A stretch of DNA of 63,296 nucleotides, filler included, from Choristocarpus tenellus KU-1152 (taxonomy: Eukaryota > Protista > Phaeophyceae): assembly GCA_964200185.2 (NCBI GenBank). It is 9 parts of 9 records of this genome, joined end to end, with 100 filler letters (N's around TTAATTAATTAA, not from the genome) between each part and the next. Parts side by side here need not be neighbours in the genome. Positions count along the whole stretch, not along the records: positions 48,372 to 53,459 come from CAXNAD020011921.1; positions 53,560 to 59,747 come from CAXNAD020008719.1; positions 59,848 to 63,296 come from CAXNAD020019959.1; 6 more parts are not named here. One strand, written 5' to 3'. Below the pieces are notes generated by a model. It saw nothing but the letters and a program-made list of their open reading frames with translations. It ran no database searches and was not told the DNA's origin. Positions 48,440-60,959 of this stretch are shown one piece after another. Numbering within the stretch: position 1 is the first letter of the stretch; each line of letters opens with the position of its first letter. The position numbers and the translations under genes are program-made.

Positions 48440-49772
48440 AACATGTGCTCCACACTGAAGTCATTCCCTCCTTTGCATCTAAGTACTTGATTGTACACCA
48501 CAAAAAGGAGCTGCCAAGCCCTCTCAAGTGTGGTTTCATCATACTCTTCATACTGTTTCTTAATGACCTTCACCATCTCCCCGAAAGACCCAAACCACTC
48601 CCCCTTCACCCGGCATTTCAATTACCTGAAGAAGCACAGGTCCATGATATTGAGGTTGGGGGAGTTAGATGGCTGTGTCACAAGCCTAATCAACCACCTC
48701 TCAGTCTTCCCTGCCCCTGACAAGATTTCTGAGTTGCCCTTGCTTGTGTGGGGGATGGCACTGTCTTGCTGAACGACAATGTGCTTCCCCTGCAACCGAG
48801 GCATCTTGGTCTTGATTGCAAGGCAGTAACTTCTCATGTACCACTTCCTGTACCACATATGATCTAAAGTACCGTCCTGCTCATGCACATCCCCATTCTT
48901 ATGGTTCTTGCTTGTCCTGTCTGCCGTTTTTGAAGCACACATACGCCAAACATCAAGCTTTCCATTAAAGCTGTGAGCCGAATCTGGGAGGGCATTGGCT
49001 GAAATGATAATGATTTTGGGGATATATGACTCTTGTGCTGCACAGTAGAGGACCCTGGAAGATTGCTATCATCCTCATGCGGAAATACCCTAACCATTTC
49101 CCCATCAGCCATCACGTAAGACCAGGTTTCAGTCACATGGATCGTGTTCACCATGGAGGTGTACACACCACGTTTCTGGTCCACTTGATCGCAAACAAAG
49201 TACATTCTCCATACCTTTTTGCCATGATTTAAACTTGGGTTTGATCCAGCGGCAATTCGGTATGACTCCCATATCATCAAACTATAATTCAGCCCCTTGG
49301 TGACCATCTTCATTATCACCCCACGCACTGTGGGTGACTGATTATCGGAGTTGATACTATGTATTGTGGCGGCCATCTTGGTCGGTGTGAGCTCTGAAGA
49401 CTGCCCACTACGTGCTGCCACCCCTAGGTTAAGCATGTGGCCACGGGCGAGCTGATTGGCAACGTCCTCCCACAGCCCTAGCATGTAACTCTCAAACACT
49501 CCAAACTCCGCTGCAAGGATCAACCCAACGTGTTGCGGCAGTTTATGCTCACCAGGGACAATTGTGAGGGTGTTCCGCACTGCAAGCGCAACCAACCTGG
49601 TATTCAGCAACACTGGGGCACCCTTCCTATGCGGTGGGGTCAATGGGGGGGTTGGCATGCCGACATTCTGACCCTTGATGTGCCCAGTTCTGACCTCAAA
49701 ATCACCCCAGAGACCCCTACTTTGACGACTTGAAGCACGTCGAGCTTGTAGCTGATGATCCTCGACCCCCAC
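48440..49772 (-). mobile_element. Plant/stramenopile-type mariner (DD39D-like) transposase pseudogene
   Basis: NTIHVTETWSY (first Asp lost), VQHKSHI, FNGKLDVW, RTSKN, IVVQQDSAIPH, QPSNSPNLNIMDLCFF, KGGNDFSVEH; 40 residues between second and third Asp; a frameshift near 49020 and a stop at 48622. Confidence 0.88.
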
Positions 49773-50209
49773 CTTTTCTGAAAGCTGAGATTGTCTACCC
49801 GATTTTATTCTGTGGGGTTATCGTCCGATTCGGCGCCGTTCTCGCGCGGCAAGCCCATATGTTTCGCAGCACAAAATTATGGCACAGAGGTAGTATATAT
49901 AGAGTACTACTACACACTACATATTTCTTTGGTAAGTGTACCACTGGATGGTACATTTTTGTGCTATGGTCTTGTTATTAGAACATCGGGACAGTACATT
50001 CTTTGTACTAGATACCACCTGGACGGTAGGTTACGGTAGGATGAAGTGAACCCACAGTCGCCATGGTACCGTTACAGAACTATTACTGTTGTGCACAGTT
50101 TTCCAATGTCTCCGCAGTTGCCGACGGTCCGGTGGTATTTTCGTGTGGGTAGGTTTGTGGCACAAACCAACCACTACTACAGACGTTGTCCCAACAATGA
50201 CTGTATGTT

Positions 50210-50530
50210 TTATTATTATTCCCTCTGACATTTTGCAGATGTGGCAGGGGAAAAAACAATGAAAACTGTTCACATGTCAGAATAACCCCTAAAAAAGGAA
50301 CAGTTGTCGTAAATGTGAAAGACAATTTTCTATAATCTATTTACTATTTTATTACCAGCTATGCTACACTACACCGCTGCCTTCCTGTGCCTCCAACCTA
50401 ACTTAGTCCTGCACCCCAGGGTTAGGGGCTAGGGAACCATCCCACGAATCTAACAAGCCCCTCCTTGCCCATCTCCCTGGTGTTTCCAGCTTAAAATGCA
50501 TGACATGTTTAGATAGATCGGCTGTTATAG
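50210..50530 (-). mobile_element. 5'-truncated CRE-like copy
   Basis: Collinear with 21520-21830, including hairpin and (TAA)n tail. Confidence 0.8.
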
Positions 50531-50806
50531 GGCAACTTGTGTTGACTGTATTGTAAACATGAAACAACTGCGGTTGTAAAACCTGTACTAAAATAAGAAT
50601 GTGATGGGGTTAGGGTGTAGGCCATTGAAGATACAGCTTCATATTGCATCGATCCTCCAATGCAGGACGTATCATTCACCGTGAATCATATCTGTCATAT
50701 TACCCTCCAGTCTCGGCACCACACTCTCTCTTAACCCTAACCCTTGCCCTTAACGACAGTGTTTTAATCGACCAACTCATTACTTGCTATTATCTCTAAG
50801 TCTCAC

Positions 50807-53428
50807 CTGCCACAGTGAGAAGAGGGACACCCCCCCGAAGAGCATCGGTTGCAGTGGAATGTGCCCCGTATGTGAACGTGTCCAGGAACACATCTGCTGC
50901 AATGTGCCTGCGAAGGTGGTCCGCCTTGGGCACTCGGGGAGCCCATATCAGTCGCTCAGCTTGCACGCCATGGGCATGGGCTGCCTCGCAGAGACGGTGC
51001 TTGATTTGTTCCCCCTGTGAGTTCAGCATGCAATCGATCAAGAGGGGGAGGTACGGAGTGCATTAGGACCAATCGGCAACAAATAGTTGGGTTCGTGTTG
51101 TACACTCAAGCGGACACCCACTGCCTACTGCCACGTATGGGGATCTGGAGTGAGCCCTATCAGGCTAAATGGTGCAGTCCTTCCACCTGCCATGGGACAG
51201 TTGCTTGGCATCTGAGCTGCTGACTGGCGATGACTATGACAGTAAAGACATGAGATCGTGTACATGATCATCGTTCCGACCTGTCCTTGAGGCCTGCAGC
51301 AATCCAGTCAGGCGACTGCATATCGTATTAAAGTGTATTAAAGTGTTGCTACTCTTACAGTTCCATTGCCCGGATTGGTGCTATATTGGACGCTTGCCAG
51401 TAAGTTCTCTAGAGCTAGATGCAGGTTTCAAGGGTGTGATAGAAGACAAAAGTGAAAGATCCAACGGATTGGTACCAATACAGTTCCAATGGATTGGTAC
51501 TGATACATTCTCATGACTCAACTGCTGCTACTACCAATCTTTACACTCAGGTGCAGAGCAACTGCCCCACGGCGGAGGGTAGGAGAACACCGGTTCGCCT
51601 GGTAAGGGTATACCTTTCCCATCAAAATCCGTGGACGGTTGTCCAACCCAAGTGCGCTTCTGTCACTGCATCATGAACAGTTGTTGCTGTTGAAGCTTAA
51701 ATGATGCCCTTATCCATGACTCCAAAGGTTGCTATATGCCTTGTTTGAGACCACCTCAGATCACCGCTTCTACCCCATCCTTGGGCGCCTCTCCGTTGTG
51801 CCCCAATCTGCGTCCTCGAAATAGTTTTCATGGTGCTGGCTTTCATGTCCCCTACCCAATCTTGCTCTCCTCGACTACATCACTCACCTCACTCTTGACC
51901 CTGTCGGAGGTTTTGGGTGGACTTGGATCTAGGAGCCACAGCACCCCGTTTGGAACCCTACGCAATATAGCCATCCAGACCCTGAAGGTCTCTGGCTCCA
52001 GCTTGTCGATCTTGTTGAAGTTGACGAAGACAACAGTCTTTGGGTCGGGCGGGAGGTGATACCGAAGCCTTGTGTTGCCCAGTGGACGAGGTAAGGAGTG
52101 ATGTGCGGCAGAAGGAGGTTCAGGGAGGTGTGCTTGGGTTAAGGTACGACATTAGGTAGTGTTCTCGGCTGTCCTAACTGGGAAAAGGAGTTCCTGATTT
52201 CGATGACATTGAGTCGAAGTAACCGAGTGTATTTGACCACTTTTTTCCTTCCTTTTTTTTTCAAGTCTATTTAAGTAGGAGGAGATTTTCGAAAAAGAAG
52301 ACTCCACCATAGATATGTAGTCTTGCCTCTACCAACTGAGTGCACTCATGGAACGGTTGACATACCCTCCACAATTGTCAATTTTCACACTCTCCCCCCA
52401 AAAACAACCCGTGCCACCATAAAATCAGAGGGGGCCTGGAAAGGTCTGCAGCACCCCCCTCTCACTTTCTTCTGCTGATTACTTCGGCAGTTTAGGGGGC
52501 ACTATGAAGGGCATTCAAGATACTGATTAAAAAACTGTCAGTATTTCCTTCAGATAGGAAAAGTAGTGCCAGAGAGATCAATTTTATGTGGCTCCTTGGC
52601 GATTGTAGGGAGGCAACAGCAGTGACTGGATAGTGACCGAGGTGGGAGCTGACAACGCGTACAATGTCAGGATGATAGAGAAACCGTTTCTAAGGTCTTA
52701 TCCTCTTTATGACCCACCTGCACATGTACGTACACAACCCGACACGGGTGTACTGTGGGAAGTCAAAACCTGGTAGATACGTTAGTGGGTTTTATTATTC
52801 TTTTCTGTATGGTGATCTCTAATTGGACAATGAGAGAAAACCCCCCCTGCAGACGCAGGTGGAGGAAGTCTTGTGCTCTCATCAAACCTTTATGCTATAT
52901 GCCTGCCTCTCAGGTGGTGGACAAAATCAAATTCCCATAATTCTTCAGGATATGCAGTTGGGTTGATCTGACGCCACCCCTCTAATGTCAGAACTACTGG
53001 AACTGACTCTCTGACTCCAGGTAATTTTTTTTTCTGTTTCTGCTTTAGATTTAATCAATGAATAGTGTATCACGATTTAAAAAACAGGACCTATTTTTGC
53101 TTGTATAATATAGGCCGGCATGACTTGTTGGATGAAACTGCCTTCTGGGTAACAAGTCACTCAACGACTTGTCTGTTGTACGGAGTTGGGGAGGCATGAA
53201 GCAGCACACCCCAGATACTAACCTCAAGGCCACCATATCCCCCTCCCACGGCTCCTCCTCTGATATGCCGAGGTAGGGCTCATAAAAGTTGACCTGGTAC
53301 GTTTGAGGCAGAAGGACAAGCCTCTCAGTGTATTGGGAAGCGTGCTCTGGGGGAGTCACGTGGCGGTCTGCTATGATGTAGTCCATGTAAGGAGCCCCAC
53401 TGGTGCCAGGGAACACCAGGTAGTTAAC
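50807..53428 (-). CDS. O-GlcNAc transferase family (GT41) catalytic region, partial; exons 53428-53223, 52068-51888, 51014-50807
   Basis: VNYLVFPGTSGAPYMDYIIADRHVTPPE..YTERLVLLP, VVFVNFNKIDKLEPETFRVWMAILRRVPNGVLWLL, ADVFLDTFTYGAHSTATDALRGGVPLLT; phases consistent; TPR region and last exons not in the contig. Confidence 0.92.
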
Positions 53429-53706
53429 CTTTGAGATATTGGTGGGGGGGGGAGGGTGGNNNNNNNNNNNNNNNNNNNNNNNNNNNNNNNNNNNNNNNNN
53501 NNNTTAATTAATTAANNNNNNNNNNNNNNNNNNNNNNNNNNNNNNNNNNNNNNNNNNNNTGCAAAGGTAATTATAGGCACATAATAGAAGGGGGAGAAGG
53601 TAGTGGGTGAGGAGGCGCGCCTGACTAGGTGAGGAGGAGCAGGAGAGTAATGCCACACCTTACACTTCTTGAGGTTTTGCGGGGGGGGAACAAAATTCAA
53701 AAGCAC

Positions 53707-55474
53707 CTGGTTTCCCCCATCTCTGAGCTGCGACCATGTCACACCTGCTTTTTGCAACTCTGCTTTGACGAAGTGTCCCATCGAGTCACTACCTGGCATT
53801 GGTTGATTCGAAGATCAAAGCGTTGAGCAGAGTAGTGGCACAGGAGGAAGAGGAGGGCTTGTTGCAATGAAGGACTCATTCTAAGGACAAGTTGAGGGGC
53901 AGGAGGTGACCCAACGGGAGTGGGTGGCAGGGGTAGGCAGGTTTGCTGGGATGGAAGTTTAGAGAAGGTTCTCACTGGAGGGCATCGACAGACTGATTGG
54001 TACTTTAGGAAATGAGAGGGCTTGTTACAGACTTGAAGTTGCAGTGTTACATCAGTCCAGATGGAACACTTGACAGGCATATCTTCAATACTCTTCAATT
54101 AATCAAATAGATTGTGCTGCTACTGGAGAACATCCTTGAAGAATAATATCCTCAAGACTTGACTGTGTCGATTTAGGTTGGGTTATTACATTTAAAATTT
54201 TGAGGATCAAAGATTTCCGTTATCGTAGTAGAAAGAAATTCGAAGAAAAGAATGCAATCGAGGGCTCTCATTGGTCAGTCATTGCTTGTCTGCCTCATCC
54301 ACATTACATTAAGTTATCCTAGATGCTTACTTGCATACAAAGCGGATTATTCAAGTAGATTCCTTGAAAGCGCACATACTAGAGTGTTTATTGTTGTGGG
54401 TGGAGTTTAATGAGGTCAAACACTTGTTCTTTTTGTTATGTTCAAGACAAACTTTCTCCTCACGTCCCCCCAGTACCTTTCCTGCTAAGACTCATACCTG
54501 AAGGGATTCTCTCATTCAACGTTCAACATAAAGATTTCACTATGAAAAACAATTAGACCCAGCCTTGGTTTGCCTGCAATGGAGCTCTACGTAACACCTG
54601 GACCAGGAGCCTACCGAAAAGATAAGAATGAGCCTACCGAAAAGATAAGAATGGTTCGACAACTTCGAAGATTGAAAAGAGAGAAACTTGGGGTGAAAGG
54701 CATAGAATGGGGCGTCTGTCCTTCACAACGCGCCATAAAGGGCCGGGGTTGTCACTCACCAATGCTGGAGTGTAGTACACAGGACCAGCAACCCGTTCTT
54801 GGGCTATGTACTGTCCTTGATCCAGATGTTTGGTCTAGTAGTGCTCCTTCCCGGATGAGGTTCAACATGTGGACAGCAAAATTGGCTGCACTTCCCCCAA
54901 GCATGAGTCGGATCGGATCTGATACCACGGTGTCCTTGATATGGATGTCGGACCATGATTTGCTCTCAAGGCGCATGCGAGTGATGATTTCTTTGGTTGA
55001 TCTGAAACAATGATGGCCTTGCCCATTAAAAATTTCACTCACCACAGTCAAATGATTCAATCAGAACTGCCCAGACCTTCATCTACAACGTTCCTCCTTC
55101 CTAAGGCAAGACGGAGTTTGGAAGACACTAACATACTCCATCACCGAGATTCCACGTGGGTGGCAACATCACTGCAGTTGCCAAAACCTCATCAAACAGG
55201 TGATATTTGACCATTCCTTTTGTTTTCTCACCATACCCCAACCAGGAAGTCCATCCAGCGGCCCGCACAAGATGTCCACGAAGGTGTCTCCTATAACCGA
55301 GAGGACTCTGTCATCAGTGGTAACCCCAGCAGCAAAGCCAGAAGATTCTTTGGCTGCTACATTTTCACATTCACTGCGCCCCTCGATCAACTTTCCATGC
55401 CCCCGGGACATGCTCAGTAGTCTTTTGCTTGACAGCAGGTAAGAAGATCCTTGCTTGCGAAGTGAATTGATCAT
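53707..55474 (-). CDS. PfkB/ribokinase-family carbohydrate kinase, 5' part; exons 55474-55232, 54934-54760, 53792-53707
   Basis: VLSVIGDTFVDI, GGSAANFAVHM, IG|SDSMGHFVKAELQKAGV: PfkB N-terminal signature; phases consistent; 3' part lost at gap. Confidence 0.87.
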
Positions 55475-55624
55475 TCTGTATCGAGATGAAGTTGAACAAG
55501 TTCACACTCGCTCTATAGGGTTAGGGATGACATGTACAAAGGACAACAGCATCATGCATCTGGATCCATGATGCTGTAACACACTCACCTTTTCACCATT
55601 TGATCAGTTTGGGGTATCTCCAAG
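55475..55624. promoter_or_regulatory. Putative bidirectional promoter between the PfkB and Fe-ADH genes
   Basis: Divergent ATGs 150 bp apart; depends on 55625 being the Fe-ADH start. Confidence 0.4.
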
Positions 55625-58600
55625 ATGAAATTGTGGCAAGGACTTGTGACTTCAGTCATGGGAACTGTGGGTTCTGTGGCCTTCTCGCCCATGATGCCCT
55701 CTTCGCCGAGATCTTCGCTCTGGTCGTGGTTGGATGGTCGTCCTCCAACAAGAGGTGGAAGCAACTTCGTGTCATTTTTTGTGTTTTATTGTGGTGTTAC
55801 ATTCGCTTATGAGACCACCCTATTGTAATAGGCGTATATTGGTGTGCTGATGCACCAAGGACAGGGTTTGTGGGCTATCCTAGAGCTGGACTTGGTCTCA
55901 GCGCGACATTGCCACCTCTCTACTAGGCACAATTACTGCAACGGGATGTTCACTCATGGACGCTATACCAGCATCTACAACTCCACCAGTAATGTACTGT
56001 TATTCAAAGGAACTGGAGTACACCATTCAACAAAGCTGCAACGTTCTTTCAATGTACCTATCATAATGTCTCCGTCCCACAACTGCCGTGTTATGATCAA
56101 ATCTGTGCCTGCAACTCGATCGAGACTGGGGTGCTTTACCCAGTGACTCTCGCTGTTTGGGGAACGTGAAAACTATCGATTCATGCCTCACGAATCCCAA
56201 CGTTAGATATTTCCATGAATAGTCTCACTCTTGCCTGTTGAAACATTGATAAGAGACGCGTACTCCCTGCGTGGCACAGAGAATCATCAGGGTCGGGGTT
56301 GGACGCACAGGGTACCTTGGGGCGTTCGAAACGCACGCCACCTTTCACAAAGTGTCGAGCCAATTGGGGGAGACGAGGGTATTGCTGGTGAGATACCTAC
56401 AGTCAATTAGAATCTTTGGAACATCGTGTTGTCAAATGATAGGCAACCTGACCCGTACCAGACACCTGTATCACCTCGCCCCCCTTTTTTGAGGGGGGTA
56501 AGTAATACCCTCCACAACCCCTCTCCTCCTCTTGTTGCCCACCCATTACCACACCTGTCATATGTCGCTTTTTGTCCCTTTGCCGACCTGGTATTTGGAC
56601 CGTCCTTCCTCACCTGCACCACCGTCAGATTTCTCTAGCATGGTTGACCTCAAACAGGGGAACAAGGGTCTAAGTGAGGACGTTGATGCTCTTCAATATG
56701 GTGCAAGTATTGGTGGGCTTGGTTCAAGCAGTGTGGATAACTTTTTCTCATCAGACACTCGAGTGGTGTTTGGGGTCAATGCGCTGGAGATTGGACTGGT
56801 GGAGCTAGACGAGATTGGCTTTAGGAGGTGAAGTGTGTCGAAGGACCTCCCACAACTTATAATCTGTGTGAATAGGTCAGAGGGCATAAGGGGAAAGTTG
56901 GATTTGTGTTGCCAGGTTGAAGGACTGTGCCTTCTGAGGCATATTCTGTTCAAAACGTGACCATAGAGCTAACAGTATTGCACACCTTGAAAAGGTGATG
57001 CTTACGCAGAACAGCCTGGATATTTTAAACTCTTTGCAAAAAATTGTTGTGTGGGTGATGTGTGTTATGAAGGGAATGCTCTCCAAGTCTCATCCTGTAC
57101 AATGTACACTGTAGCTGAGTGTAGTCTCGAACAGCATCTGCATCAGAGGAAAAGGACTTCAAGCGGTGTCCAGGAACATTAAGAATCCACCCAGTTGTAG
57201 TAAGGTGGTGCTAGCATTGAGGGCTACCTCACTTGAGGTGTGCAGTATTGTTCATCATGTATTGAACTCTGCTCCACAATCCATGCACATATTACAGAAT
57301 CCTCTCAGAGTTCGTGCGAGTACTTTTTTTGATCTGGTAGGGGATAGTCCGGATGGACATACAGTATCTTTGTCTGGTAGTGCTGCACCGGTCTAGATGA
57401 ATCAAAAACGAAAATGGCTCAAATGATTCATTTCTCTCTGGTGTTTTGAGCCCTTTCCGTTGTTTTTTTTCACCTCCCTAGTGTTTTCAAACTTTTGTTT
57501 TCAAACTTTTGTGTTGGATTCGATATTGCATCTCTTTCAAAGAGCACCACCTTCTATCCCACCTTTTTGATTCAGTGTGAGTAATGTAAGTATCGGTGAC
57601 GTACCAACTCATAGGCCATGCAATCCCAATTGTTGGAGTATTTTGGAATGGTATCATTTTTGTCGTTGTTTGTGATCTGGAACAAGAGTTATCAGTCGAT
57701 GCAATAATATCCCCTTATTTCCTGTGTCGAATATCCTTTCAACCCTCCCCCCTTCCTCCTCTGCTACCCCCTCCTATGCATGATCCCCCAGGCCACTAAT
57801 TGTAACTGGATGGAACCAGGCAAGAGCGGACCCACTTGTGTGGGAGCTTCTACCAAGGGACTTTGACCTGGGGTGGCACTCTGTCAAGGCTGAGCCCTCT
57901 CTTGCAGATGTGGTGGCTGGTGTGTGCCAGTATATCTGGACCCTAACCCTAACACATAGCATTTTTTCCTACTCTATTTTGTGATACCACATGAGATTAT
58001 GGTTGAATCTTGACCCACCCCCACCCACCTACCCGTTCTCTCACTCAAACACGCTCTTTTAGCTCTTGTAAGTTCGTATTAATAGACCCCTGTGACACCC
58101 TCTCCATTCCCTTTACCAACCCTAATGCTAACCCTACATGTCTGCGCCAGTGTTTTCCCATGCTCACTCTGTTGGTGATCCCTACCCCCCACCCCAACCC
58201 TCCACCCTGCCCCCCCTGCTAAATATTTGAACGGTACGTGTATGTATACATACACGCCTTGCGCGGTAAACATTTTTTTCTTTCTTACTTGTGCTGGGGG
58301 GCCAAAATATTGATGAAATCGGGGCTGGAGCAGGTGCTGATGTGGCTCTGGAGCACCGCTGCGACTGCGTCATTGGTGTGGGAGGAGCTTCGGTGCTGGA
58401 TGCTGCGAAGGTGATTGCTGCCATAGCCTATTCTGCCAAGGACCACTTGCATGCTGCAAGGAGGCTGCTTGGCGCTGCTGGAGAGCCCAGGTGCAAAGGG
58501 GCTCTTGTTCAGGAACCCGGGGAAGAGCCTTGAGAGAGCAGTGATGCGTCTCTGGTGGACTTCCCGACCAGTAGGTTCCAATGACCGTAAGGTGTTAAAC

Positions 58601-59395
58601 TCATAGGTGTGCTCTTTGTGGAGGATGGTTTTGGTACGTACACCACGCCTGTTGTATTGGTAAACCCAATCACTGGCTCTTTTGATAGTCTGCGACGAAG
58701 GCGCTGTTGTTGATTGTTTCCTAGGTTCGAGTCTGACCCACTTCCCCCCAAATGCTTTTTTTTTTCTGCGTCAGAGTGTCTTGACAACAATGTTATCTTA
58801 CGTTTCTACTTTTTTTTTTATTTCGAGAGGATGTTTTTGACTTTTTTGTTTTTGTGTGTCGTAGGTTTTGCGTTCTTTTTTTTTTTTTTTGTTTTTGTTT
58901 TTGTTTAGTTGAGGAGTTTTTGCCCGTAATGAACTGGAGGCCGTCTAGTTCTTGAGGGAAGAGACTTCGTATATCAACTTTGTAAGAAATTTTGGAAGCA
59001 AAAATTTTCGAAAAAAAAAATGAACAGAAAGTTTTTTAATAAAGAAAAAGAAATATATATATTTTTTTAATGTGTAATTTTTCATTTTCTTTTTCAAACC
59101 ATTTTACTGCTCCGAGTACCAAGTTGTGCTGAAATTCACAACACATTCTGATTTTTCGTGTTTTGTTTTGCTTTTGTTGTTTTCCCCCTTTTACTATAGG
59201 ATGCCTCCCCGGGACCAATACTCTGAAGGACAAACCCAGTCCCCAGAAGGCACAAGAGAGGAGGTGGATGGAGATGAGGAACCTGTTCTTGGACCGGTCC
59301 CATTTGTTGCTGTCCCGCTGGTGGCAGGCGTTGGGGCAGAGGTGACCCCGATGGCGTCTATCATTCTCGATGAAGATGCGCTCATCCCTGCCAAG
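55625..59395 (+). CDS. Iron-containing (type III) alcohol dehydrogenase-like protein, 5' part; confident exons 56629-56827, 57792-57919, 58334-58490, 59200-59395; tentative upstream exons from 55625 and ending 56387
   Basis: TRVVFGVNALE..FR|RPLIVTG..AEPSLADVVA|GADVALEHRCDCVIGVGGASVLDAAKVIAA..PVPFVAVPLVAGVGAEVT; phases consistent; 3' metal-binding region lost at gap. Confidence 0.8.
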
Positions 59396-59899
59396 GTGAA
59401 CACATTGGAGAAAATATTGACGAGCCCATCTTGCATGATAGGCCTGGACGCCAACCCCTCATCTCATCCCATACCCGTATCCATTAAGAGGAGAAAAGAG
59501 TAATGGGCCCCCAGAGGAGAGATGCGACACTCGTCTAGAATCCCTAAGTTGTGAGGAGCGACAAAGGTAGAGGTGACAGCATAAACAAATGAGCACTCTG
59601 CAATGAAAAACGATAGAAACCATTCGCACACGCACGCATACACTCTTTAATTCATCAATCTGTGTGCAAGCAGGAGTAGTGCTTTCCTATACAGTCATGA
59701 TACACAAATCCTGTAGCGGGGGGTACTGCCTTGTATGCCCCCCCCCCNNNNNNNNNNNNNNNNNNNNNNNNNNNNNNNNNNNNNNNNNNNNTTAATTAAT
59801 TAANNNNNNNNNNNNNNNNNNNNNNNNNNNNNNNNNNNNNNNNNNNNCCCCCCCCAGATACTTTGACCCGCCTACGAGAAATAGTCTCGGTAACAACGC

Positions 59900-60205
59900 A
59901 GGTGGCCCTGTCCAGACGTGTCATGCGTTTCAACCTGGAGTTACCAGGGAGATAGGCAAAGAGGGGCTTGTTAGATTCTTGGGGTGCTTCCCTAGCTCCT
60001 CACGCTGGGGTGCAGGAATAGGTAAATTGGAGGCACAGGAAGACAGCGGTACAACATAGATGGTACCAAAATAGCAAATAGACAATTTATGTTCACATTT
60101 TGTGACAACTGTTTCTTCCTTAGGGATTTTTCTGATATGTGAATAGTTTTCATTAGTTTTTCCCCTGGCACAACTGGAAAGTGTCATAGGGCATAATAAT
60201 AAAAT
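59900..60205 (+). mobile_element. 5'-truncated CRE-like copy
   Basis: QVALSRRVMRFNL then 3' UTR, degenerate hairpin and cataataataaaat tail. Confidence 0.8.
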
Positions 60206-60651
60206 ATTAGGGCTAATGATAAAAACTTGAGTAACGACTGTACCAATGTGCGAATCAACGGTCAGTATGAAATGGTCATACTGTATCATATCAAGTACTC
60301 AAAAGATTAGTAGCCTATGTTTTAACACTGCCAGATGACGAGGAGGAGGAGCTAGAGGGGAAAATTTTCTCTGAGTCATTACTCGTGGATTACTCCTTGT
60401 CCTGGACTGACTCGCCCTTGCCAACCTTCTGCTCCTCTTCTTCTGTTTCCTTGACAAGATCAGCAAGATATTCTTGTTGACAACGGATTCTTCTTCTAGT
60501 TTGCGCGTTAGGCATGTTGGTCAGTGATCAAAAATAAATTTACCAGTCACCCTAAATTTGAATTTCACTGGTGTCACCAATGTGAATTGTATGATTCTGT
60601 GGCGGTGTGATTCACTTAGCCAAGGGTGGTGAAGAGATTCACTCGGCAAGA

Positions 60652-60832
60652 GACTCAAAATATCCGGGGGGGGGGGGTGGCTGTCCATTTGTGGCCCTAT
60701 TTTTCCATGGCGCGATTTTTGGGTGATTTGGTTGCATGCTACGGATGGATAATGTAAGCCCACTTCTCCTGGTCAGGACCCGAATGGACATCCTGGTGTA
60801 GACCCACCCACCCACCCCAGATACTTTGAGCG
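60652..60832. mobile_element. MITE family A
   Basis: Both TIRs; exact 4-bp TSD AAGA/AAGA. Confidence 0.9.
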
Positions 60833-60900
60833 AAGACGGACCAGACAAACCAAGATGAGTAGTAACCGAGAGGACGAGGTTAAGGTTGGGAGAGAAAAAG

Positions 60901-60958
60901 CTGCAGAGAACTGCAGAGAATTCCAGAGAATTCCAGAGAATTCCAGAGAATTCCAGAG
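60901..60958. repeat. 10-bp tandem repeat (C/T)T(G/C)CAGAGAA x~6
   Basis: Read directly. Confidence 0.9.
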
Positions 60959-60959
60959 T

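Noticed and set aside
48440-49772. Mariner transposase as the mobiliser of MITE A/B
   Set aside because: Mariners make TA duplications, the MITEs show 3-4-bp non-TA TSDs, and this copy is inactivated.
53707-53792. Upstream exon of the O-GlcNAc transferase
   Set aside because: It splices in phase to the PfkB exons and completes the G.D..G motif; it lies on a different contig.
54608-54651. 22-bp direct duplication gagcctaccgaaaagataagaat
   Set aside because: Simple local duplication in an intron; no associated structure.
60521-60848. Apparent small protein families with PPRYFEP, GSKYLGG or QAPKWTNRAKL motifs across many ORFs
   Set aside because: Chance translations of MITE A and B termini in varying frames and strands.
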